From the NCBI GenBank assembly GCA_051294375.1, contig CM119270.1, positions 17,356,077 through 17,419,887 on the forward strand: a stretch of 63,811 nt of DNA. Reading direction: 5' to 3'. The position numbers and the translations under genes were made by a program. Numbering within the stretch: the stretch's first letter is position 1; each line of letters starts with the position of its first letter. The notes under the pieces are model-generated. The model made no database searches and was not told the origin of the DNA. It saw only the letters and a program-made list of their open reading frames with translations. Below, piece after piece: positions 48,863 through 61,502 of this stretch. The DNA comes from Paraspadella gotoi (Eukaryota; Animalia; Chaetognatha).

Positions 48863-50165
48863 TAGAGTTCCGATAACCGTTAACAGTTAACGGTTATTAA
48901 CGGTTAAAAATAATTTTAACTTAACCGTTAATATATTTATTTTAACGGTTAAATTCAGTTAATTTTCAAGTATGATTTTTGTTATGAAAACTTTGATTTT
49001 TTAAGAAAAAAAAAATTTTTCCTTATTTTCCTCTCCCTTTCTCACTATATTTTTCCCCTCTCTCTGTTCTACATTTTCCCCTTTTTTTTCTTTGTTATTT
49101 TCAACCCTTTTAATCTTTTTCTATCCTAATCTATTATCATTTTTTCTGCCCTTCCGTATTTTTTTTACTTACTTTCTCCCAATTGTTTTCGTTTTTCCTT
49201 TCAGCTAATTTTATACATTTACATCAAAGAATATTTGAATATAATATGCATCTGCATATATTTTTTTGCAATCAAATTTTTACATGCAATAATATTCTAT
49301 TTTGCTAATAAAAAAAATAAATCTTTCTTATTTTACTTTTTTTAGCTTTTTCTTTCAATTTTGCGATCATTCAACCATTCAATTAATAAATTGATACTCA
49401 TAATTAAGAGAAAACAAAGTTTATTTGTTTACAAACAACGGGTTTTTATTCCAAAAAACGGACATGTTTCGACTCTAGTTTTTCCGAAGTCCTAACATCA
49501 GCGCGTGAGAGTCGAAACATGTCCTTTTTTTTAAAATAAAAACCTGTTGTTTGTAAACAAATAAACTTTGCTTTCACTTAACTATAACGCAACGAAAAGA
49601 AAGTCTTAACACATATTCATAATTATTTTATATTTATGGGTCATGTTTATGAAAGACTAACAACAGAAAACATGCTTTTCAAGAAACTAACAACTATAAA
49701 AAATAAATGAGGAAGAAGCTAACAACTATGAAAAATAATGAGGAAGAGAAATAGAAAAAGAAAAAGCGAAAACGAAAAAAGAAAGAAAAAGAGAGAAAGA
49801 GAAAACAAAATATACAGAATTAAAATTACATTGTGCTTTTTCTTTCATTGTCTTTTTTAATATTTTTATTTTGCTATGAGGCAAAAGAAAAATTTATTAT
49901 AATGCTGTTTTTTTTCTAACCAATTTTCTCATTTATCAACTATAATGTGTTACCTCATCTATCTGAAATAAGAATAAAGACGGATTCAGTAGCCGGAGTT
50001 AAGGAGAAAATACCATTAAATACTTTAGTTAGTTTCAAATATTAATATTTTTAAATTTAAAATTAAATTATAAAATTAAACCGATTTGAACGGTTAACCG
50101 TTAAAAACGTTTAGTTTTAACGGTTAAGCGAAGTTCCTCAAAAATTAACGGTTAACGGAACCCTA
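48863..50165. mobile_element. hAT-family non-autonomous element
   Basis: TIRs TAGAGTTCCG / CGGAACCCTA; subterminal AACCGTT/AACGGTT arrays at both ends; perfect 8-bp TSD ATAAATAC at 48855-48862 and 50166-50173. Confidence 0.9.
49401..49584. mobile_element. Penelope-like tail-to-tail inverted remnant with a variant hammerhead on the minus strand (49504-49457)
   Basis: About 75-bp inverted arms; the minus strand reads GCG-CTGATGT-TAG-GACTT...GAGTC-GAAA-CATG-TC-CGTT. Confidence 0.65.
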
Positions 50166-51259
50166 ATAAATACGCTGCACCATTTTGTGATTGAATCAAT
50201 TTGTCTCAAATTCTGGACACCGTTTTTGCTAGTGACTTTTCAAGAATAAAATCAACTTTGGTTTCATGTTGAATCTCTGTCTACTTACTTGAATGTGGTG
50301 ACAGGAGTAGATTCGACAAACCACGACTCCAAGAAGAAAAAGCAAACCTCAACCACCTCAGCCACGGCACCCCCTAAGAAGATGGACTTTGCCGTCAGAG
50401 GAAAGACGGCTCCAGCCATTCCAGCCAATGGCGCCGGAAGCTCCACCGAAAGCGAAGGCGGTAGCATTGAACGCGATACTTTCGAAGTATCGGGGGCATT
50501 ACGCCAACAATGCCTAGAAGACAACAGACAAGCTGACGAGTATCTCAACAGTAGGGTGGAGCGATGAAAAGATTGAGTGATTGAACAATATTTTTTGCTG
50601 CTTATAGACATGTAATTAACAAATTTTAAATCCTTTAAAAAATTATTTTAACGTAACAGTATAGTAAATTCAATTATTTATGAAGTAATACCCTTATAAA
50701 ATAATTAAATTTTATATTAGTTTTTTTATTTTAAAAAAGCTTCAAGATCTCATATTACAAATTAGATTATGTACATTAAGTAAGGAACTATCAATATAAA
50801 TAAAGATTGTTTACATCGAAAAGGCGTCAAAGATAGGTAAACCGTAGAAAAAGATAGGTTTGGATTGGAAGGTTATTTTTCTCGGTATAAGACTATTGAA
50901 CCCTTCTTTTAAAATTACATTACCCGCTACTGCGTGAGAATATTTTTCTGGATGCATGTGGCACCGTGGGGCGCGGGGGTGAATCGAAGAATTGAAGTGA
51001 GGAATTGAAAGAAAATGAAGAAGTGAAGACAATGTCGTTAAGATTCAAAAAGTTAATTGGCTTATCTAATGATTTCCGTATTTCAATAATAATGGCCCTT
51101 AAGAAAAAGGGTCATTCAAATCAACTTCAAAATAGAGTACAAATTCAAAAAGCTGAGCTCCTGGCGGATTCCCGAAAATGTATTCACTTTTAAACATTTG
51201 ATACATTCTACACCATTTTATATCGGTTTAATTATAATATAAAATAAAAGAAACCTATC

Positions 51260-51505
51260 TGAAGAGTTGCAGGTCAAACGAAAAAGCCAATCCATCTGAA
51301 TTCGAAAAATGTAATAGAGAACATTTTTAATTTCAACTTGTATCCTTGAAAATTGAAACGTTTTTAAACTTTAACCCTGAATTATTCTTAACTGGAATGC
51401 GTTTATCAAAATGTCTCTCTATTACATTTTTACAAATGTTTTTAAAGATTGCTAATCAAATTTTTAAATCAATATTATTGTAGTTGTTTAGGCTGCAACT
51501 CTTCA
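51260..51505. mobile_element. Small MITE-like inverted-repeat element
   Basis: TGAAGAGTTGCAG / CTGCAACTCTTCA ends; inner AAAATGTAATAGAGA / TCTCTATTACATTTT pair; TSD unresolved. Confidence 0.55.
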
Positions 51506-52614
51506 AATTCAGTGTAGATTCTTGTAGCTCGAAATTCTTTACCTTTTATTAACCAAAGTTTTTGTTCATGACTGGAAAACAACAAAGAAACAGAGTAATA
51601 ATGTTTAGTTCTTCCCTTTTAATTTACTTTTTACTTAAAATTTTAACAACCAGATTGAAAAACAAAATCTTAAAAAATATGCTTACCGATTTAACTTGAC
51701 AATTTTTTTATTTAACGATTAAAAAAAAATATTGAAAACAGAATGTTTATATATAAATAAAAACTATTTTTTTGGTGATTAGTGATGGCTATAATGTATG
51801 TGGATAAGAAGAATTAGAAACTCATAATATAAAGCTATTATGACATTTTATATAAAATTGAACGGAGAATTTAATATAATGTTCTTATATTGAGAGAGGA
51901 AACAATAACAACGAGAATGAATTTCAAATCTATAACAAAGCATAAGGTAGGGTTTCAATGACGTCATTCAATCAGCTGATGTGAAAAATAAAAGAGCAAT
52001 AACATCACTACATGTATTTCTCGATGTATTAGCTCTAATACATCGATACACATTGTTATGGTGAATGACCCTTCCTCTCGGAAACTTAAATTATTTTTCT
52101 ATAAAACTCTCTTTTTTTATCGTCGAAATCGCTAAGCGTTTGCGACGATATGTAACGCTTTTGCACATAAGTGGCGTCATCGTCGTCATTGTTGTCGGCG
52201 TTCCAAATTATAGATCGCCTTTTTATGATTAAATTTGAGTGTATGAAGCTGCAATTTATATACAGCTTCTCATCATCGATGTGCTTAAAATTGAGTCTGG
52301 ACGTTATTAAATATGTTTTGTTTACGTTTTACAAAACAAACAAATTTTCCTCTTTATATTTATGAAATTGGTACAACCCAATTATATATATTTTCTTTCC
52401 TCTCTCTTTTTCTCTTTTAATTACATGTCTCTCTCGCTCTCTCTTTCCCTAGTCACTGATTCATAGGGGAAAAAACGAGTCTGCAACTGGCTCTGCAGGG
52501 GCTTATTCTTTTTCTCTCTTTTCTCCTGTGCCTTCTGCTGCTGCCTTTTGATTTCTTTCTTTTTTCTGCGGTGCCTCTGCTGCTGCGCTGCTGATTCGTC
52601 CGAAAACGATTTGG

Positions 52615-52663
<49 letters not shown>

Positions 52664-53620
52664 TTCTGCGTCTGCTGATCAGTTTATTTTTTTTCCTTTC
52701 TATTCTTTTTTCTTCCTTTCTATTCTTACTTTATATTTATTCTTTTCTTCTTTTTCTTTCTGTTTATAAATTAATTTTCTTTCCTCAAATTTGATATTTT
52801 TTTATATCCCAATTGTCGTCAATCCAGATTTTTCTTATGCGATTGCGACGATCCCTACACTGGTGACAATTTTACAAGCGCCCGTGAAAATACGCCTCCA
52901 TTTGCAAACCAGTGGTTATTTCATTGATTTTAAAAATTATAGTTGAGTAGAAAATATTAAAGTCATTTATGTGTTCAAATTTTATTTTGATCAGTTAAGA
53001 TTTGCCTTGGCAATGAGTGGAGAAAGTTGGCTTGTAAAATCGGTTTCATTTTCTAACTCACTTTTTTAGATTCAATTTTTTTCTTTTACTTCAGTAGGTT
53101 TCTGAAGAAATTTGAAATAAAATAATATTAATATTATTATTTTCTGAAAGCCCTTTCAAATCTAAAGAGAATGACATATTACAAATACTCTGTTAGTATA
53201 AAATTTAACACGGCCCGTTTATTTAATTAAGATACTCAAAAACAAGATTTTTTCCTTCTAATTCTTAGCGAAATAAATTGGGCGGTTCTCAACAGAGGCG
53301 ATTTATATTGTCAAATAGTTCCATCACAAAAAGTTGTTCACAAAATTTGGCAGTGGAAGCGAAGTTGTAGATAAAAAATATTCTCTCCATAATAAATAAC
53401 GAGTCGGCGCGGTATAACTATACAAAGTTTATAGTTTATTACATATAACAAAGATTAACCGAGATGATAAAATCGACAAAAAGGTATTCCTCTCATTGTT
53501 GCACTAAAAATGTTTTGGCAATACATTTGAGTAATGTTTTATTCTCTTTTTTTAGACATTCACATTTAATCTAATGATAAAAGAAAAACAACCAATGTTA
53601 AAATTTAAAAAAACATAATA

Positions 53621-53770
53621 CAAAGTCTATTTTCAATATGAGAATACTGTGCTACAACAAAAGTTTTATTTTTCAAAATATTTCGGCATAAATTTCTATG
53701 CCATTATCAGTGGTAAAGAATAAACTGTAAGAACTAAAAAGAAAAATAACAATCAACAATTAAATATGAG

Positions 53771-53810
<40 letters not shown>

Positions 53811-54062
53811 TCAGTTTGAGGTCAATCTCAAGGCAAAGAAAAATGAAACCAGAAAGTGAAAATCGACTACTACTAGTCAATTTATTTTATAGTGTCCATG
53901 GAGTGGAAGACAGGATTCCAGTTTTTATGAATTAACCCCAATCTTCATTGCGACCGCATCCGGGCCCACACTTACAGTTTATTATTTATGATGGCATAGA
54001 AATTTATGCCGAAATGAAACTTTTGTTGTAGCACAGTATTCTCATAATGAAAATAAACCTTG
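53621..54062. mobile_element. Tc1/mariner-type MITE
   Basis: About 75-85-bp TIRs (atgagaatactgtgctacaacaaaagttt / aaacttttgttgtagcacagtattctcat) flanked by TA. Confidence 0.8.
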
Positions 54063-54456
54063 TACTCATTATACTCCCTGTGCTTGTGATGACGTTTAAA
54101 GAAATAATACAAAGTCACATTTTCTTAGTTCAGTTTTTCTACAATTTTTACCTTAAATTGTTTTATTGGAAAAGTAGAAAATCATAATTATTTAATTAAA
54201 CAAATTTATGAGTGATCTATCTATAATTTTTTTGGCACTAACAATGTTACATTCTTTTACATATTAAAAACATCAATAATTAAAGTAACAAAGCAGACTG
54301 TGGCCGTCAATAATTTGATTTCTCACGATCAACAAATATTCAACTAGTAATAAGGCAAAATTGGCAGTGAGGAAAATTAAACAAAATATAGAGCACAGTA
54401 GAAATGAATGCAGCTTCAATTGAAGTGTGGGAAATTAATAGATTTAATGTATTTAT

Positions 54457-55490
54457 TTAATGTATATCATACATGTCATAATAATTGTACCAATACAAAT
54501 CATTGCCATCTCCGACGTCGTCTTTACCATCAGGGACGTTTTTGCCATTTTGGTGATCCTTGTCAATACCATAGACTTCAGTGAGGTCATCAACTAGGTG
54601 ATCTACAATTGACTCTGTCTCTTTGGATTGTTCGGTGGTCGTTATTGCTAAAATAGCAGGATTTTTTATTATGTCAGAGGCGTTTGTTCTTAACTTATTC
54701 AGGTCAGTTGTGATAAAATCATTCGTGTCAGTGGTGATTGTGTGCGCGACGATATCATTAGTTATTGAGTCATTTGGGAATGTTGTGACTTTATCAGTGA
54801 AGTCGGTTGTGATGGCTTGAGTGGGGGTAGATATGAATTTGTGGGTAGTGGCAGTTGTGATAACGCTAGTGTTCTCGGTGGTGCCAGCTGTGACAGTTAT
54901 TTGGGGTTCAGTCGAAGAAACAGTTTCACCGTCATAGGGAAACTGTGTGGATTCGTTTGACACGGTAAAGACGAGATCTTCCATTGATGTAGTAATGACA
55001 TCATTGGATGATGGTGAAGATACACTCTTGAATATGGACGAAAGAGGCGTTGAGAAAAAACTGACATCCATAGTAAAATTGGGGTCAGTCGAGGATGACG
55101 ACATGCCAGAGCCAGTTGATGATGATGGCATGATAACAGTCGGCATGATTGCATCGGTTGACAATGATGGAATGTCATCAGTCAGCCTTTTAAAATCAAT
55201 TGACGATGATGTGATGATATCATCAATTATGACTTTAGACGTAGAAATATCATCAATGATGACATCAGACGTAGTAATATCATCAATGATGACATCAGAC
55301 GTAGTAATATCATCAATGATGACATCAGAAGTGGAAATATCATCAGCGATGCTCGACGCTTCTTTTTCTTTGGTTACGTTCGAGTCTAAACTGGAGCGAG
55401 GACTCCAGGCGAGTCCTTCGCTGGAGCCTGAGTCCAAAACAGAGTTCTCGTTGGAGCGGTGAGTGGGAGATGGATTGGCAATGGGGAATT
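54457..55490 (-). CDS. Gene B terminal exon: Ser/Thr/Asp-rich mucin-like region with a Tyr-rich C-terminus
   Basis: Acceptor ttttcccaacgcag|AA phase 1; open for about 344 codons to TAA; DVIIDDI(T/S)TS 30-bp repeats; AATAAA overlaps the stop. Confidence 0.8.
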
Positions 55491-57063
55491 CTGCGTTGGG
55501 AAAAATGGGGATTTGATGCGGGGAAAAAATTAAAAAAATACAGATCTGAGGAATAATTTCCTCAAGAATCAGAAACATTTAAAAAAAGGGTAAAGAGTTT
55601 TTAATAGAAATTTATCCCTTTAATTTAAAATATCAAGTTGAAAAAAAAAGCGGGGTAATAATTTACGACAGTCAGCGGGAAAACGATAATACAGGAATGG
55701 AAGGGAAAGCCTTTTACAAATTACCTTGCGAATAAAATTTGCGAGGACAATTATACAATGAAGGTTGCCAATCGCCTAGGGGCGACTAAAAAAGTCAGAC
55801 CAAATTGATTCGTTAACATCAAAATTTGGTTAAGCTTTATATACCTCGAATAAGCATTTGAACCGAAAGCGGAATATAAGTCGGTTTAATGCTTCAAACG
55901 GAAGATTATAATGTTTTTTAAAATTATAAATAATAATGCCGTTTCACCTTCATTAAAAAGTACTAATGAGGGAATCCAAGACCTGGAAAATAGTAAAAGA
56001 TATATTTTGAATATTGGCAAATAAATACCACTGTTTAAGAACATTTAGTCAGACTTTCTCCGTCCCTTTTTCTTGCTTAGCTGTTAAGGTAATAGAGAAT
56101 TTTTTGTAATTATAGGGAAAAGATACGTATACAAGTTAAATTATATATATAAAATATATGTTAGATTCATTTGATTTGAATAAAATGATTAATTTTTACA
56201 AACATCACAGACAAAGGAAAAGCAAACATCCAAATTTTCAAAGAGAAAAACAAGACAAACTAAAACGAACAAAAGAACAAGACGAACAAAAACGAACAAA
56301 AGAACAAGACGAACAAAAGAACAAGACAATGAGGCACCAACGGATTTCCTTTCTTGTTCGCCTTTAATCTCAGCCATCATTCATCGCGACGACGACGATA
56401 ATAACGACGATAACGACGATGAAAACTACTTCGGCGATGATGATGATGAAGATAAAGTTCAGAAGTAATATGATCACAAAGACGGAGATGACGACAACGA
56501 AGAACACAACGAAAATAACCACAATGACGTCAAGAGACGAAGGTGGTGGCGAGAGAGACTAAAAGAGAGAGAGAGAGAGAGACAGAGACAGACAGACAGA
56601 GACAGAGACAGACAGAGACACAGACAACATGAAAGTCCACAACGAAAATAACCACAATGACGTAAAGAGACGAAGGTGGTGGCGAGAAAGACTAAAAGAG
56701 AGAGACAGAGACAGACAGACAGACAGAGACCACCTGAAAGTCCACAACGAAAATAACCACAATGACTTTCTGAGAGACGGAAATCACGACCGCAAAGAAA
56801 AAGGCCACAATGACGTCCACAGAGACGGTAACGACGACGAGCATACTGACGACAATGACAACAACAACGACGACAACAACAACGAAGTCGATGATCCCAA
56901 TTCCACCATAAAAACAGTTTGTGCCATAAAACAGACTCGAATTGGAAAGGTTTTTCTCGCCTCCAACGAATCCGAACACGTTTACTTCCTGTTCCGCTCT
57001 CTCTCTCTCTCCTCTCTCTCTCTCTCCTCTCTCCGTCTCTCTCTCTTTCTCCTCTCTTCTCTC

Positions 57064-57098
<35 letters not shown>

Positions 57099-57238
57099 TA
57101 CTTTTATAGCTGATGCCTTCTGGTATATCATTTTAGATTCTTATTTCACTGGGCATTTCACATTATTGTTATTTCCCATCCTTTTCCTCTCCATTATTCT
57201 CTTTCCTCTCTCTTTTCTCTCTCTCTCTCCTCTCTCTC

Positions 57239-57280
<42 letters not shown>

Positions 57281-57827
57281 TTAAAAGCCTCTCGGGGGAA
57301 ATTGCAGAAATGAAAGCGATGACCGCGGCGTCGAAAGACGATGACGACGACGATGATGATAATGATAATGATAATGATAATGATATTGAATATGAATAAA
57401 ACAGAGGATGAAGAAAAGGCTAATGATGAGAAAATTTAAAAAAAAAGTTAACTCATTAAATAATTTGACTTAATAGTGAATACAATGATGGGAATTTAAA
57501 GAAACAAGAGATGCATGCTAATTTGCTAAATAACAATGTTAGATAACGTTAAATATAAACAAAAAAAAAACTGGAAGGAAAGAATATCAGTGAAGAAATA
57601 ACAAGGATGACGAAGAGATATTTCGACCAAAGAAAACCAAACGAATGAAGATGTCTCCGTCAACAACAACGACAACGCGGAAGAAAAAGAAGGAATTCGA
57701 ACTCGCCATTTTGGAGAATTGATGTGAACCGGAGGTCATTGACGGCGAAGGTCGAGAGTTCAATTCCTTCGCTCCCAAACTCTCTTTGCCTTTTAGACAG
57801 ATTGAGAATGAACGAACCGGTGGCCGG

Positions 57828-58394
57828 GGCGACGACGACGACGAACAAGACGACGACGAACAAGACGACAAAGTCGACGACGACGACGATGACGAAGAAG
57901 ACATCAAAGACAACGATTATGACGATGGAAACGACGACCACGACAACCACGACGATGACGAAGACAAAGACGATGACTAAGACAAAGACGACGACGAAAA
58001 CGACGCTAATGATGATGACAACGACGTCGACGATGACAACTACAATGACGACCAAGACGACAACGACATTGACGATGACGACAAAGACGATGACGACAAA
58101 GACGATGATGAAGACAAAGACAACAAAGACGATGACATCGATGATGACCAAGACAACGACGAACACGACGTCGACAACGACGACGACGACAACTACGATG
58201 GCGACAACGACGACGACGACGTCAACGACCTCTACTGATGCGGGGAAATGAATTCGACGGAATTCCAAGGACGTCCCCGTTGCCAAGGTAACGAAGACGA
58301 CGAAGGGAAAGTTGACGGCGATGAAAACGACGACGACAACGACGACTGTGATAAAAATAACGAAGATGATGAAGATAATGACGACGACGACGAA

Positions 58395-58466
<72 letters not shown>

Positions 58467-58500
58467 TATAACGACAATGATATGATAACGATGATGATAA
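57828..58500. repeat. Degenerate (GAC/GAT/AAC)n trinucleotide tract
   Basis: Cryptic trinucleotide periodicity, with a pure (GAT)n run at about 58395-58463. Confidence 0.85.
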
Positions 58501-58694
58501 AGACATGATAAAAAGATAAGAAGATGGCTTTTTCAAATAATATATATGCGTGAGAAATATTTTCGGCTGGGATCAGTTACGGCCGCCCCCCAAAAAATAT
58601 TTCAATGTCATACGAATTTAAACCAAATGTTAAAAGTATTGGGGAAAATGAAAGCTTGAGATTTAACGTATATCGACAGATACGGTTTAATTAA

Positions 58695-58696
<2 letters not shown>

Positions 58697-58792
<96 letters not shown>
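58697..58792. repeat. (ATT)n microsatellite
   Basis: Perfect run. Confidence 0.95.
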
Positions 58793-58793
<1 letters not shown>

Positions 58794-58826
58794 CCCAGTA
58801 CCGATTTAAATAACACTTCTATTTAC

Positions 58827-59114
58827 CTCCATCGTCCTCTTTTTCCTTTTTAACTTCCCACCATCCAACGTCCTCCCTCCACACATCCTCTTCTCCCTTC
58901 CTCTTTCCCTCTTCCTCCTCCCTCTCTTCCTCTTCCTTCCACCATTCCTCCTCTTCTTCCTCTTCATCGCTCCTCCACCATTCCTCCTCCCCTCCCTTCG
59001 CTCTTCTTTTCTCCTTTCGATTCTTCTTCTTTTTCTCCTCTTTTCTCCTTCCTCCCTCCTCTTCTTCTTCCTCTCTCGCTTCGTCCGAGAAGAAGGATTC
59101 CCGGTGAGCGTTTC
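58827..59114 (-). CDS. Gene B exon: Glu/Lys/Arg-rich with Trp pairs
   Basis: Acceptor cacgaaacag|GA, donor GAG|GTAAAT; 288 nt, phase 1-1, open (GNAHRESFFSDEAREEEEEE...EEEWWRS...EEEWWKE...GWWEV). Confidence 0.65.
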
Positions 59115-59588
59115 CTGTTTCGTGGGGGAAAAGAAGGGAGGGAGGAAATGGAGGAGGAGGGGAGGAGGTGGGAGGGAGGAAATGGTGGAGGAGAGGAGGA
59201 GGTGGGAGGGAGAAAATGGAGGTCGAAGGAAGGAGAAGGGGAGGAGGATGTGACGAAAAGAAAGAGAGGAAGTGAGGTAGGAGATGGCAGGATAGGGATG
59301 TATAAAAAAAAGAAAGGAAAGGAAAGGATAGAAAGAAGAGAAAAAAATGAAAAGAAAAAAAGAGGAAAGGAAGAGAAAATGAATAAAAGGAAGAAAAAAA
59401 AAGAGAGAAAAGAAAAAAAAAATTAAAAAAAGGAGATAAATAATAAAGAATAAGAGAAAAAAGTAGAAGAGAAATAGGATAAATAAAAAGAAATAAGAAA
59501 ATGTATAGAATCATTATTTTGAATCCTATGAATGAAACTAAGTGGAGTTTGTAAAAGACCAATTTTAAACTAAAACAAACGAACTCAC

Positions 59589-59924
59589 CCGGTCGAAATT
59601 CCAGCTCCGGAATTTCATCGACGCCGTCGACGCCGATGTCACGTGACGAAGAGAACTTCCGCGCCGCCGCCAACTGGCTCAGCGTCTCCGCTTCAAACGA
59701 TGACGCCGCCGCCGCCCTTGCTTCAAACGCTGCCGCCGCAGACGCCGAGGACGCCGCCGCCGAAGCCGCAGTTATTTCCGAGGATGACGACGCCGCCGAT
59801 CCAGCCGCTGATCCGATGCTGCTGCTGCTTACGACGCCGCTGCTGCTGCCGTGATGCGCACGGATTCGCCAGTCGACGTCTTTGATTTTCCGTCGATCCG
59901 ACTTGGCGTTGTTTTCGACGTAAT
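59589..59924 (-). CDS. Gene B exon: Ala/Ser-rich
   Basis: Acceptor atctcaag|AT, donor CGG|GTGAGT; 336 nt, phase 1-1, open (DYVENNAKSDRRKIKDVDWRIRAHHGSSSGVV...AAAAFEARAAAASSFEAETLSQLAAARKF...ELEFRP). Confidence 0.75.
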
Positions 59925-60194
59925 CTTGAGATTTGATGAGGAGAGAAGAAAGAGAGAAGAGAAGGAGAGAGAGGAGAGAGAGTAGAGAGAGAGGAGAGAG
60001 ACGAGAGAGAGAGAGAGGGAGAGAGAGAGAGAGAGAAGAGAGCAGGAGAGAGAGAGATACAGTGAGTAATATGTTAATATATCATTACAAACAGTACGAC
60101 GGACAGCCAAAGAGACAAACAGACCACGCAGAGAGCTGGCCAGACTGACAAACCGACGGACAGCTAAAACAAACAGACAAACAGACAGACTGAC

Positions 60195-60310
60195 CGAGTC
60201 TATGATCCAAAACGTTGATGTCGAATTTTTGTTTCTCGTTTTCTTCTCCCAGTCCGTCGATCCGTTTCCGATTCCGCGAGGATGATTCTCCTCTTGGCGC
60301 CCTCCCGCGG
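60195..60310 (-). CDS. Gene B exon
   Basis: Acceptor ccccccag|C, donor TCG|GTCAGT; phase 2-1; RGRAPRGESSSRNRKRIDGLGEENEKQKFDINVLDHRL. Confidence 0.65.
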
Positions 60311-60724
60311 CTGGGGGGGGATGAAGGGGGGTGGGTGAGCGTGAGGAGGAGGCAGGAGGAGGAGGAGGAGGAAGAATGGGAGAAGATGAGAAAAGTGAGA
60401 AGAATGGGGGGAAGAGTTACGTGCGAGTGTAAAAGTGTGGGTGAAAGTGAAAGTTTGAAAGTTGGAGAGTTTTAGAACGGAAGTGTGAGTGTGTGTGTGT
60501 GCGTAATTGTGAAAGTGTGAGAGGGTAAGTGTGAGTGTGAAAGTGTGAGAGTGGCAGAAAGAGAGTGAGAGCGTGAGTGTTGGGGGAGTATGATAATACT
60601 AATAGAAAAGAATTAAAGAGAGAAGAGCGGAGGAGTAAGAATTAACGAGGATGTGGTCTGACGGACAGAAAGACTTTAAACTGGGAGAGAGACAGTCACA
60701 CCGACAGCCAGTCTCAGTATTTGC

Positions 60725-60807
60725 CTGTCGATCCAACTGATTTTGTAATTGTGTTGATTGATGTTTATTCCGTGAGATCGGACGGCCGTCTCCAGCTCCT
60801 CCATGGC
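60725..60807 (-). CDS. Gene B exon (predicted GC donor)
   Basis: Branch-like tactaat and acceptor ctttcttag|GCC; AMEELETAVRSHGINIHN-like coiled-coil sequence (AMEELETAVRSHGINI NQHNYKISWID); CAG|GCAAAT gives phase 2, matching the next exon. Confidence 0.55.
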
Positions 60808-61120
60808 CTAAGAAAGGGGGATCGTCCGTATTAGTACAACAACAACAACAACGATCACAACAACGACAACGAGGGACGTCAATGAAAGAGAAAAAAGGGA
60901 CAAGTACAACGACAACTACAAACAAGAAAGACGAAGAAGGACAAACGACAACAACAACAAACAAAAACAATAACAACGACAACGACGACGATAACAACAA
61001 CGTCAACCAAACAAATATCTTAACAACAAACTACACTAAAAACAATGCAGCTACAACGACAACAAAAACAACAACTACAATAACACCGAAAACAACAAAA
61101 AGTATAACAACAACAACGAC

Positions 61121-61303
61121 CTGAGCCAAGAAGGTAAAGTCCTGCTTGAGATGAGCCTTCATCTCTCGCCTTGCGTCGTCGACGGCGTTGCTCGACTTCT
61201 TGGCATAATTAGTGGCGGCGTCGACGAGGCGTTGGAGGCGGAGAGTTCCGCTCTGAGGAGGGCGAAGTCGTGGCGGGTGACGGTGTCGAGAGGGAGCTCA
61301 CGC
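61121..61303 (-). CDS. Gene B exon (coiled-coil-like; needs indel correction)
   Basis: Acceptor cgtccaaag|, donor CAG|GTCGTT; LDTVTRHDFALLRAELSASNA then, after a frameshift, VDAATNYAKKSSNAVDDARREMKAHLKQDFTFLAQ. Confidence 0.5.
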
Positions 61304-61431
61304 CTTTGGACGGGGGTTGAGAGGGTCGAGGGAGCGGAACGGAGGGGGAAGGAAGGAAGAGAAGAGGAAAGGAGAAAGGAAAAAAGGAGATAAGAAAAAG
61401 GCAAAGAGCGTAAAAAGCACGCTCTCTCTCT

Positions 61432-61502
<71 letters not shown>

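Noticed and set aside
57660-58286. Poly-Thr (+) and poly-Val (-) ORFs of 175-208 aa
   Set aside because: They are alternative frames of a degenerate (GAC)n tract that lacks stops by composition.
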